From contig RGBY01000002.1 in the NCBI GenBank assembly GCA_009919445.1, positions 1 to 33,775 on the forward strand: 33,775 bases of DNA, given 5' to 3'. Position 1 is the stretch's first letter, and every line of letters begins with the position of its first letter. Source of the stretch: Planctomycetia bacterium (lineage in GTDB: Bacteria; Planctomycetota; Planctomycetia; Pirellulales; UBA1268). The notes beneath the pieces are model-generated. The model searched no databases, was not told the origin of the DNA, and saw only the letters and a list, made by a program, of their open reading frames with translations. A program made the translations under genes and the position numbers. Shown piece by piece: positions 24,002 through 31,757 of this stretch.

Positions 24002-24517
24002 ATGCGTTGGTTCTGGATCGATCGGTTCAACGAGTTCGTTCGCGGCAAGCATGCGACAGCAGTGAAGAATGTTTCTCTTGCCGAGGAGCATCTGCACGAT
24101 CATTTTCCAGGGGCAGCCTTGATGCCCAATTCATTGATCGTCGAGGGCATGGCCCAGACTGCTGGCCTGTTGGTAGCAGAGGCGCTTGAATTTGGCAGGC
24201 GGGTGGTGTTGGCCAAGGTGGCCAAGGCCGAGTTTCAGTACGATGCCGTGCCGGGCGACACCCTGCTGTTTCGCGCCACCATCCTTGATCTCAAGCCGAC
24301 TGGTTCGCTTGCCAGTGTCACCAGTGTGGTGGTTGATTCGGCAGGACAGGAGCAGCCCCAGGGAGAGGCCGAACTGTTTTTTGCCCACCTGGAGCCGGGT
24401 GAGGGTGTGCCCAAACTATTCGAGCCGGACGAACTCCTGAAGTGGCTCGATCACATGCATATCTACGACGTCGGCCGGGATGAAGCCGGAAACCCGCTCT
24501 CTCGTCCTGACTGGTAG
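24002..24517 (+). CDS. FabZ/FabA-like hydroxyacyl-ACP dehydratase (hotdog fold), copy 2
   Basis: MRWFWIDRF...LAEEHLHDHFPGAALMPNSLIVEGMAQTAG keeps the His and Glu dyad positions. 171 aa. Confidence 0.8.
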   Translation: MRWFWIDRFNEFVRGKHATAVKNVSLAEEHLHDHFPGAALMPNSLIVEGMAQTAGLLVAEALEFGRRVVLAKVAKAEFQYDAVPGDTLLFRATILDLKPTGSLASVTSVVVDSAGQEQPQGEAELFFAHLEPGEGVPKLFEPDELLKWLDHMHIYDVGRDEAGNPLSRPDW

Positions 24518-24595
24518 GCTGAAAGCCGCTGTGTCGTTATTGTGGTGGGAGTGCCGCCCGGCAGGCGGTTGAAACGTCAAGCTGGAGGAACCGCA

Positions 24596-25894
24596 ATGGT
24601 GGCTGGTCGTCGGCGGGTGGTCGTTACTGGGATGGGGTGCGTGACGCCGTTGGGCGTGACGGTGGAAGAACTCTGGGGAAACCTCAAGGAGGGCCGGTCA
24701 GGTGTTGGTCTGACGACCGTCTTTGATGCCTCCCGATTCCCGACCAAGATCGCCGCCGAAGTGAAGAACTGGTCGGTGGCCGATGAAGGGCAGCCCGAGG
24801 ACCGTTGGCGGCACTGTGGACGTCACACCAAGTTTGCTGCCGGTGCTGCCCTGCAGGCAATGCGGCATGCCGGGCTGGAAGCTGGCCTGACTGCGGCACC
24901 TGATCGCCTCGGTATCTATCTGGGCAGTGGCGAGGGGCAGCAAGACTTCGACTCATTCACCAAAATGATGATGGCCTCGATCGAGGGTGACACGCTCAAT
25001 GTGGCAAAGTTCACCAAACTTGGTCTCGACACCCTCAGGCCCCTGACGGAGGTCGAGCAAGAACCGAACATGCCAGCTGGTCATCTGGCGGCCCTGTTTG
25101 ATGCCCAAGGGCCAAATCTCAATTGCCTGACTGCCTGTGCGGCGTCAAGTCAGGCGATTGGGGAGGCGACCGAACTGGTGCGTCGAGGGGATGCCGATGT
25201 CATGCTTTCCGGTGGTACTCATAGCATGATCCATCCGTTTGGCGTCACGGGCTTCAATCTGTTGACTGCCCTGTCGACCCGCAACGATGAGCCGGCCCGG
25301 GCGAGTCGTCCCTTCGATTATGAACGGGATGGTTTTGTGCTCGGTGAGGGAGCCGCAATGGTCGTGCTGGAAGAACTTGAGCACGCCCAAAGGCGGGGTG
25401 CGACGATCTACGGTGAGGTGCTTGGCTATGGTTCAACGGCAGACGCCTATCGAATCACCGACACCCACCCTGAGGGCAGAGGAGCGTCCAGTTGTATTCG
25501 GATGGCCTTGGCCGATGCCGGTTTGGGCCTCACGGACATCGACTACGTCAATGCCCACGGAACCAGCACAAGCGTCAATGATCGGGTCGAGTCGCTTGCC
25601 ATCAAGACGGTTTTTGGGGAGCGGGCAAAGCAGATCCCGGTCTCCAGCACCAAAAGCATGATGGGGCATCTGATTGCGGCAGCCGGAGCGACCGAGGCAA
25701 TTGTCTCGCTGCTGGCGATTCGGGACGGGGTCCTGCCCCCAACGATCAACTACGAGAATCCTGATCCGGACTGTGATCTCGATTACGTGCCCAATGTTGC
25801 CCGTCAGGCCCCCTGCAAGCGGGTGCTGTCCAACAGTTTTGGCTTTGGTGGCCAGAATATCTCCCTCATTCTGGGCCAGTTCACCGGCGCCTAA
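24596..25894 (+). CDS. Beta-ketoacyl-ACP synthase, KAS II (FabF)-like
   Basis: The ATG at 24596 has GGAGG 7 nt upstream. RRVVVTGMGCVTPLG is present. The active-site Cys is in LTACAASSQAIG and the two His residues are in NAHGTSTSVND and KSMMGHLIAAAG. The C-terminus SNSFGFGGQN is typical. Confidence 0.9.
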   Translation: MVAGRRRVVVTGMGCVTPLGVTVEELWGNLKEGRSGVGLTTVFDASRFPTKIAAEVKNWSVADEGQPEDRWRHCGRHTKFAAGAALQAMRHAGLEAGLTAAPDRLGIYLGSGEGQQDFDSFTKMMMASIEGDTLNVAKFTKLGLDTLRPLTEVEQEPNMPAGHLAALFDAQGPNLNCLTACAASSQAIGEATELVRRGDADVMLSGGTHSMIHPFGVTGFNLLTALSTRNDEPARASRPFDYERDGFVLGEGAAMVVLEELEHAQRRGATIYGEVLGYGSTADAYRITDTHPEGRGASSCIRMALADAGLGLTDIDYVNAHGTSTSVNDRVESLAIKTVFGERAKQIPVSSTKSMMGHLIAAAGATEAIVSLLAIRDGVLPPTINYENPDPDCDLDYVPNVARQAPCKRVLSNSFGFGGQNISLILGQFTGA

Positions 25895-26059
25895 ACCGAG
25901 CCTCAGCCTGAGGACGGCAAAATCGACAGGGTTTTCTCAACCGCTGGAATCGTTCTGACCGATACCTGAGGTGGTGGCCACGGATGTGGCCTTTGGTAGC
26001 GGCATCTGGTGTGCCGCTTATGACGGCCCAGAGGGCCGAAACCGCCCGGGATAGAAGCC

Positions 26060-26539
26060 ATGAGACACCTTTCTGCCTGCCTGCTTGCTGTCGCTGTTTT
26101 GGGAACGGCAAGCGGCTGCTCCATAATCGACCGGCTGTTCCTGCTCAATGCCGACGGCCCCTATTCCCACCGTCATGGTGGCTGCCCGGCTGGCTGTCAG
26201 GATGGCTGCGAACAATGTGCCGAGGCCCCCTGTACGGGCTGCGAAGGGGGCATCTGCCCCACCGCTGGCTGTGAGTCGGGCCGCTGTGGCCTCGGAGGAT
26301 GCCGTACAGCAGACTGCCAGGATTGTGCTGCCGGCCGCTGCCGACAGCGGCACGTGGGCCGGTATGGTGGCCTTGCCAAGCATCATCTGACTCCAGAAGA
26401 ACGCTGTGAGCTCGAGGCCTCCGACTATGCCGCCACGTGCCCCCCGGGGCCTCCGTCTGGCGGTGTTGCGTATCCCTACTACACCACCCGTGGGCCGCGT
26501 GATTTTCTCGCCAAGTGCCCGCCTTCCATCGGGCCGTAA
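26060..26539 (+). CDS. Cysteine-rich lipoprotein, function unknown
   Basis: The signal peptide with lipobox is MRHLSACLLAVAVLGTASGC. A block of about 60 aa carries many GC, CxxC and CxxxC spacings (GGCPAGCQDGCEQCAEAPCTGCEGGICPTAGCESGRCGLGGCRTADCQDCAAGRC). The C-terminal motif is YPYYTTRGPRDFL...PPSIGP. The longer antisense ORF 26018..26752 has no such features. Confidence 0.65.
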   Translation: MRHLSACLLAVAVLGTASGCSIIDRLFLLNADGPYSHRHGGCPAGCQDGCEQCAEAPCTGCEGGICPTAGCESGRCGLGGCRTADCQDCAAGRCRQRHVGRYGGLAKHHLTPEERCELEASDYAATCPPGPPSGGVAYPYYTTRGPRDFLAKCPPSIGP

Positions 26540-26631
26540 GCTGGCCCCTGAGCGGACGATTCTTTTCGAGCCGTCGGAGTCTGCGGCCGTAGGTGTCGAC
26601 GGTGACTCAATGCGCCTCAGGTAACGACGCC

Positions 26632-28281
26632 TCAGGGTGACGGAAAGAAGCGGTCGAGTGTCTGCTGACTCGGCGGCTTGGTCATCAGTGAGACGGTGAC
26701 CATCGCCACCGTGGACAGCGTGATCATCGCCGCTACCGGCATGAGTTGCCACGCTCCATCAGCATCGACCGCCAGTGGCACCGGCAGGTTGACAGTGAAG
26801 TTAGGCTGAGCAGCAAAGTCAGAGGCGGCAAATAGCCACAGCCAACTGCCAGCTGCTGCCAGAATGCAGGCGTAGCCGCCAGCTTTGGTGAGTCGCGGCC
26901 AATACAAGGCGGCAAGGATCAGCGGGAAGAGGCTGGAGAACCCGCTGAAGCACCAGACTCCGAGTGTGAAGACCCGTCGGGGCTCAGCCAGGCTGAGGCA
27001 GTAGGTTACGGCGACGATGGCGATGATGAAGAGCCGCGCGACCAACAGTTCCTGTTGATCAGTCAGCCGTCGTGATCCCCGCAGTGGCTGCACGACATCC
27101 TCGGTAAACATGGTTCCCAGGCAGAGAAACTGACTGTCGAGGGATGACATGATGGCTGCCAGAATGCCCGCCGTGAGCAGCCCACCGAGAACGGGGCCTG
27201 CGAGTTTCTGAACAAGAAACGGCAGAACAGCATTTGGATTGGCAGCCACCGGAGGGGGGATGGCGATGAGGTCGCTTGTTGCCCAGGCTCCGATCAGCAC
27301 GCAGGGCACCCAGACAATGGCAATGAAGAGCGGGTGAGCCACCACTGGAAGTTTAAAGCTGGCTGCACTCCGGGCTGTCAGCCAGTGCTGAAACAGATGG
27401 GGAAACATCCCGACGCTCAGGGGCACAAACATATAGGTCAGGAATTTCTCTGGCGGGATGTGCAGCCGCGTCAGTTTCTCTGCTGGAATGGCAGCACTGG
27501 CAGCCTGAAGGCTTGCCCAGAAACTGTCCTGCCCGCCAAGCTTCCAGGCGATGACAACAAAAGTGACGATTCCCAGAATCATGAAAACCAGTGTCTGAAA
27601 GGTGTTGGCCCAGGCGGTACCCCGCATGCCACCCAGAAAAACGTAGACCAGAACAATGCCACAGATGGCGAGTGATGCCACAGGCTTGGGGACGCCTCCT
27701 TGTGATCCGTAGGCAAAGCTGGGGGCGGCAGCGGTCGCCTTCGGGTTGGTGCCCCGTTCAAGAAAGGCAGGAAAGGTGCCCTCGGGGAAGGTGCCGCCTA
27801 CAACCTGGCCGTCTTGGACACGGCCCGCCGTTACCTTGTTGATGACAGTGCCGGAGGCCATGACGCCAATCAGCAGGTAGGGAATGACGAGGCCGACGAG
27901 CACAGGAAAGAGCAGGGCTCCGAGCCAGCGGCTTTCAAGTCGGTCTCGAAAAAACTGAACCTGGGTTCGGTAGCCGTATGCCTTGCCAAGTTTCCAGACT
28001 TTGACCCCCAGCAAAAAGAAACAGAGCGAGTGAATGATGCCGCTGGAACTGGCGAGCATGCCATAGACACCAACTCCCTCCTTGAAGGCCTCGCCGGTTG
28101 AGCCGACCAGAGCAAAGGCAGTCATGGTGGTGCCAAAGATTGACATGAGCAGCAGGAACGGGCCAATGGAGTGGCTGGCGAGCATGTAGTCCTGGCTGGT
28201 TCCGCGAAAGAGCCGGCTTGCGCCGATTCCCAGCAGGAGAAGGAGGACGAGATAGCCACAGATGATCAGGAGTTGCGTCAT
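26632..28281 (-). CDS. Sodium:solute symporter family (SSF) transporter
   Basis: 549 aa and polytopic. The N-terminus MTQLLIICGYLVLLLLLGIGASRLFRGTSQDYMLASHSIGPF is typical of SSF (PutP/PanF-like) transporters. The substrate cannot be determined from the sequence. Confidence 0.85.
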   Translation of the reverse strand: MTQLLIICGYLVLLLLLGIGASRLFRGTSQDYMLASHSIGPFLLLMSIFGTTMTAFALVGSTGEAFKEGVGVYGMLASSSGIIHSLCFFLLGVKVWKLGKAYGYRTQVQFFRDRLESRWLGALLFPVLVGLVIPYLLIGVMASGTVINKVTAGRVQDGQVVGGTFPEGTFPAFLERGTNPKATAAAPSFAYGSQGGVPKPVASLAICGIVLVYVFLGGMRGTAWANTFQTLVFMILGIVTFVVIAWKLGGQDSFWASLQAASAAIPAEKLTRLHIPPEKFLTYMFVPLSVGMFPHLFQHWLTARSAASFKLPVVAHPLFIAIVWVPCVLIGAWATSDLIAIPPPVAANPNAVLPFLVQKLAGPVLGGLLTAGILAAIMSSLDSQFLCLGTMFTEDVVQPLRGSRRLTDQQELLVARLFIIAIVAVTYCLSLAEPRRVFTLGVWCFSGFSSLFPLILAALYWPRLTKAGGYACILAAAGSWLWLFAASDFAAQPNFTVNLPVPLAVDADGAWQLMPVAAMITLSTVAMVTVSLMTKPPSQQTLDRFFPSP

Positions 28282-28505
28282 GCGGTTTTCTCCCCAGTCT
28301 TTTCCATTTCGGTTTCATCGACCGGCCAACAGAAGCGGGTTGCCAGATACCAGGTGCCTGACGCGGCCAGAGAAATGCAGGCGTGGTAGGCCAACGCCAC
28401 TGGGAGAAAGCCCCAGACAAGCGTGGTGTCGTCCCAGAACCAGAAGTCCTGATGGGCGATAATCAGCAGGACGACAATCGCCCAGACAACAGATGCCGGC
28501 TTCAT
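28278..28505 (-). CDS. Small DUF3311-type membrane protein, SSF accessory subunit
   Basis: About 75 aa from the ATG at 28505, with two TM segments. Its stop overlaps the SSF start (tcat at 28278-28281, an ATGA overlap). This arrangement is typical of YhdT/DUF3311-SSF pairs. Confidence 0.65.
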   Translation of the reverse strand: MKPASVVWAIVVLLIIAHQDFWFWDDTTLVWGFLPVALAYHACISLAASGTWYLATRFCWPVDETEMEKTGEKTA

Positions 28506-28610
28506 GGGCCTTCCCCTCAAAGTGACAGATCAGCCAAATTGCCTCGAACCACGTTGACCGTTTTTGTACTGTGTTGTCACGGTGGCGAACAGCCACCCAC
28601 GTGGCCCGGC

Positions 28611-29039
28611 CTACTCAGTCAGGATTGTCCGCGGCGGGCGGGGGGTGTCATCTGGAAGTGTTGGTACTGTCGCAATCACATAGACGCCAATGCCAACGGC
28701 ACCGAGGGCAATGTACTTCAGCCAACTCGGCAAACTGTTGAGGAGCAGGCTAACAATGACGACGGTCGCCACCAGGCCGAGTGTCCGGTACTTCACCGTG
28801 CGGCGGATGCCGCGATATTCATGCCAGTCATCAAGGGTCGGGCCGAACCAGCGAGAGCGGTGCAGCCACGCATGAATCCGCGGAGAGCCTCGGTAGAAAC
28901 ACCAGCTGGCGAGCAACAGGAATGGCGTGGTTGGGAGCAGCGGCAGGATCGCTCCGATGAATGCAAAACCGACACAGATCCACCCGGCTACCACATAGAG
29001 GAAGCTCTTCAGGGGATCGGTTGTTGGACGCGTGTCCAT
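28611..29039 (-). CDS. YbaN/DUF454 family inner-membrane protein
   Basis: The motif is AILPLLPTTPFLLLASWCFYRGSPRIHAWLHRSRWFGPTLDDW. I chose the ATG at 29039 (29093 is an alternative), because the track start at 29258 would overlap the divergent fba gene. Confidence 0.7.
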   Translation of the reverse strand: MDTRPTTDPLKSFLYVVAGWICVGFAFIGAILPLLPTTPFLLLASWCFYRGSPRIHAWLHRSRWFGPTLDDWHEYRGIRRTVKYRTLGLVATVVIVSLLLNSLPSWLKYIALGAVGIGVYVIATVPTLPDDTPRPPRTILTE

Positions 29040-29162
29040 GCCTTGTCTCCGGGCCGCCGCCCACGCGGCGGGTTTCCCGGGGGATTTTAGCATGGCTGCC
29101 GATCCCGTATGCTCTGGAGAAATTGACGGTTCCCTTTCACCCCACTGACGGAGAGTTTTCCC

Positions 29163-30200
29163 ATGCCGCTGGTTCCCCTGCGTATCCTGCTCGATCATGC
29201 CGCCGAAAATGACTACGGCCTGGCAGCCTTCAACGTCAACAACATGGAGCAGATTCAAGCGATCATGGAGGCTGCGAAGGAGACAGACTCCCCCGTCATC
29301 ATTCAGGCATCCCGGGGGGCTCGGTCATACAGCCAGGACAACTACCTGCGGCACCTGATGCTGGCAGCCGCAGAGCTTTACCCAGCCATTCCGATCGCCA
29401 TGCACCAAGACCACGGGAACTCACCGGCTACCTGTGCCAGTGCAGTCGACAATGGGTTCACCAGTGTGATGATGGATGGATCACTCGAGGAAGACGGCAA
29501 GACTCCAGCCGATTTTGATTACAACGTCAAAGTGACAGCGGAGGTGGTGAAGCAGGCCCATGCTCGTGGTGTTTCGGTGGAAGGTGAACTGGGCTGCCTC
29601 GGTTCTCTCGAGAGTGGGCAGGGAGAAGCTGAAGACGGTCATGGTGCCGAAGGTGTGCTTTCTCATGATCAGTTGCTGACCGATCCAGATGAAGCGGCTC
29701 GGTTCGTTGAGGCGACAGGCGTTGATGCCCTCGCGGTTGCCATTGGGACCAGCCATGGCGCTTACAAGTTCAGCCGTAAGCCTGACGGTGATGTGCTGGC
29801 CATGAAGCGGATCGAGGAGATCCATGCCAAGCTGCCAAATTGCCACTTGGTGATGCACGGTTCATCAAGCGTGCCGCAGGAACTTCAGGACATCATCAAC
29901 AAGTACGGTGGCACCATGCCACAGACCTATGGTGTGCCAGTTGAAGAGATTCAGCGGGGCATCAAAAACGGCGTCCGGAAGATTAACGTTGATACTGACT
30001 GCCGGATGGCAATCACCGGAGCCATTCGGAAGGTGCTCAGTGAGACGCCAGAAAAGTTTGACCCGCGTGACTACCTCAAGCCGGCTCGCGCGGCGATGCA
30101 GAAGGTTTGTGCTGAACGCATGGTGCAGTTCGGCCAGGCTGGAAACGCCGGGAAGGTGCCAGTGGTCTCACTCGAAGAAATGGCCAAGCGATACAGCTGA
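29163..30200 (+). CDS. fba: Fructose-bisphosphate aldolase, class II
   Basis: [54 protein letters not shown]...HQDHG...GELGCLGS...[10 protein letters not shown]...[10 protein letters not shown] is canonical class II FBA. 345 aa. Confidence 0.95.
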   Translation: MPLVPLRILLDHAAENDYGLAAFNVNNMEQIQAIMEAAKETDSPVIIQASRGARSYSQDNYLRHLMLAAAELYPAIPIAMHQDHGNSPATCASAVDNGFTSVMMDGSLEEDGKTPADFDYNVKVTAEVVKQAHARGVSVEGELGCLGSLESGQGEAEDGHGAEGVLSHDQLLTDPDEAARFVEATGVDALAVAIGTSHGAYKFSRKPDGDVLAMKRIEEIHAKLPNCHLVMHGSSSVPQELQDIINKYGGTMPQTYGVPVEEIQRGIKNGVRKINVDTDCRMAITGAIRKVLSETPEKFDPRDYLKPARAAMQKVCAERMVQFGQAGNAGKVPVVSLEEMAKRYS

Positions 30201-30216
30201 CCCCGCAGCCGCGGGG
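30201..30216 (+). terminator. GC-rich hairpin immediately after the fba stop codon
   Basis: CCCCGC-agcc-GCGGGG gives a 6-bp stem and a 4-nt loop. No U-tract follows. Confidence 0.35.
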
Positions 30217-30233
30217 AAAGCGATCTGCCACGG

Positions 30234-30265
30234 CTGGGCCGCCGCCTGTTTGGGCGGTGGCCCAG
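30234..30265 (+). terminator. Strong 13-bp hairpin downstream of fba
   Basis: CTGGGCCGCCGCC-tgtttg-GGCGGTGGCCCAG gives 13 pairs including one G-U. No U-tract follows, so it could be a terminator or a transcript-stabilising element. Confidence 0.4.
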
Positions 30266-30313
30266 CACCCTGCAGGACGCCAAATCGCTTTGATTTGCGG
30301 TTTGAAATGCCCG

Positions 30314-30342
30314 TTGTGGCAGTTGCCTAGTCGGCCTATAGT
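30314..30342 (+). promoter_or_regulatory. Candidate sigma70-type promoter for the kdsD-kdsC gene
   Basis: TTGTGG (30314-30319), a 17-nt spacer, then TATAGT (30337-30342). Matched by eye only. Confidence 0.25.
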
Positions 30343-30368
30343 CCCCCTCCCCTGATGTCCCTTTCGGG

Positions 30369-31757
30369 GTGTCTCTGGAGAGGAGGACGGCTGTGGCTGA
30401 AATGACCGACGCTGCACTAATCGACCAAGCGCAACAGATTTTACGGGCGGAGGCTGCGGCAGTTTGCCGTGCGTCAGAAACGCTTGATGAGACCTTCTGT
30501 CGTGCTGCCCGTCTGGTCCATGCCTGCACGGGAAGTGTCGTCGTTACCGGCATGGGGAAGGCTGGTCTGGTGGGCCGCAAGATCGCCGCCACGCTGGCTT
30601 CGACCGGCACACCCAGCCATTACCTGCACCCTGCTGAGGCGATGCATGGTGACCTTGGGATGCTTCGCCGAGATGATCTGGTGCTCGCCTTTTCGCAATC
30701 GGGTGAAACCGATGAAGTGACACAGATCTTGCCCCACATCAAATCACGGGGCATCACGCTGATTGCCGTTACCGGCAAGGCCGAGAGCACACTGGGCCGG
30801 GCCGCCGATGTCGTGGTGGCGACTGGTCGTCTGGGAGAGGCCGATCCGCTTGGGGTCGCTCCGAGTACCAGCACAACGGTCATGCTTGCTCTTGGCGATG
30901 GTCTAGCGCTGGTCGCGAGTGTTTTGCAAGGGTTCAGTCATGACGACTTTGCCGCCCGCCACCCGGGTGGCAGCCTGGGAATGCGGTTATTGCGGGTGGA
31001 GGATGCGATGCGGCCACTCTATCGTTGTCGGACCTGCCGCCCTGAGGAAACGGTGCGAGATGTTTTTGCTCGGCCCCTGCCTGATCGCCGGACTGGTGCG
31101 GTCATGATTATTTCAGCAGGCGGCCGGCTCGAAGGGATTTTCACAGACAGCGACTTGGCCCGGTTGTTTGAGCACCGTCACGATCACGCACTTGACCGTC
31201 CCATCGGTGATGTGATGACCCGCGGGCCAGTCTGTGCAACGCGTGGCGATCGCCTCGAGGAGGCCGTCGACTGTGACGGCGTGCTGACCGACGGGGGGGT
31301 GACCTGGACTGAAGACGGCATTGAACAGAAGACATTCAACATTCGTGACGGTCTTGGGATCAAACTCTGGCAACGGGCCGGAGGACGAGTGGGGATCATC
31401 ACTGGTCGATCTAGTCGAGTGGTGCAGTGGCGAGCCGAAGAACTTGGGGTCGACTTTGTTCGGCAGGGGGTTGGTGACAAGGTCCTTGTGGCGGAAGAGT
31501 TGCTGGCGGCAACTGGCCTCGGTTGGGCCGAGACGGCTTTTGTTGGCGATGACCTGCCTGATCTGCCCGTGATCTGCCGAGTCGGTCTTGGGGTTGCCGT
31601 GGCGGATGCTGTGGCCGAAGTACAGGCTGCTGCTGATCTCGTGACTCACCACCGGGGTGGGCGAGGGGCCGTGCGAGAAGTGGTCGAGAGAATGTTGCAG
31701 GCCAGAGGAGCCTGGAGAGATCTCATCAGCCAGTACCGTGGAGATGGAATTGCCTGA
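30369..31757 (+). CDS. kdsD: Fusion protein: arabinose-5-phosphate isomerase (KdsD/KpsF: SIS, CBS1, truncated CBS2) joined to KDO-8-phosphate phosphatase (KdsC, HAD-IIIA)
   Basis: The SIS domain shows VVVTGMGKAGLVGRKIAATLASTG...AFSQSGETDE...VAPSTSTTVMLALGD. CBS1 shows AVMIISAGGRLEGIFTDSDL. Then IGDVMTRGPVCATRGDRLEEAV runs directly into DCDGVLTDGG...IRDGLGIKLW...GIITGRSS...GDDLPDLP...GVAVADA...GGRGAVREV, which are the KdsC motifs I-IV. The start is uncertain: GTG 30369, GTG 30393 or ATG 30402. Confidence 0.8.
   Translation: MSLERRTAVAEMTDAALIDQAQQILRAEAAAVCRASETLDETFCRAARLVHACTGSVVVTGMGKAGLVGRKIAATLASTGTPSHYLHPAEAMHGDLGMLRRDDLVLAFSQSGETDEVTQILPHIKSRGITLIAVTGKAESTLGRAADVVVATGRLGEADPLGVAPSTSTTVMLALGDGLALVASVLQGFSHDDFAARHPGGSLGMRLLRVEDAMRPLYRCRTCRPEETVRDVFARPLPDRRTGAVMIISAGGRLEGIFTDSDLARLFEHRHDHALDRPIGDVMTRGPVCATRGDRLEEAVDCDGVLTDGGVTWTEDGIEQKTFNIRDGLGIKLWQRAGGRVGIITGRSSRVVQWRAEELGVDFVRQGVGDKVLVAEELLAATGLGWAETAFVGDDLPDLPVICRVGLGVAVADAVAEVQAAADLVTHHRGGRGAVREVVERMLQARGAWRDLISQYRGDGIA

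Noticed and set aside
26018-26752. 244-aa minus-strand ORF, longer than the plus-strand lipoprotein ORF
   Set aside because: It has no signal, motif or domain-like features. The plus-strand ORF has a textbook lipoprotein signal peptide and a structured Cys pattern. Long antisense ORFs are expected in such GC-rich DNA.
28383-29090. 235-aa plus-strand ORF
   Set aside because: It is antisense to the ybaN-family gene and the DUF3311 region. The composition is biased and there are no motifs.
31255-31275. CTCGAG (XhoI) and GTCGAC (SalI) sites flanking the KdsD-KdsC junction, a possible sign of engineering
   Set aside because: Both hexamers are simply the preferred Leu-Glu and Val-Asp codon pairs in this genome, and CTCGAG recurs many times in the window (for example near 1290, 4258, 4815 and 8563). 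This is coincidence, not evidence of cloning.
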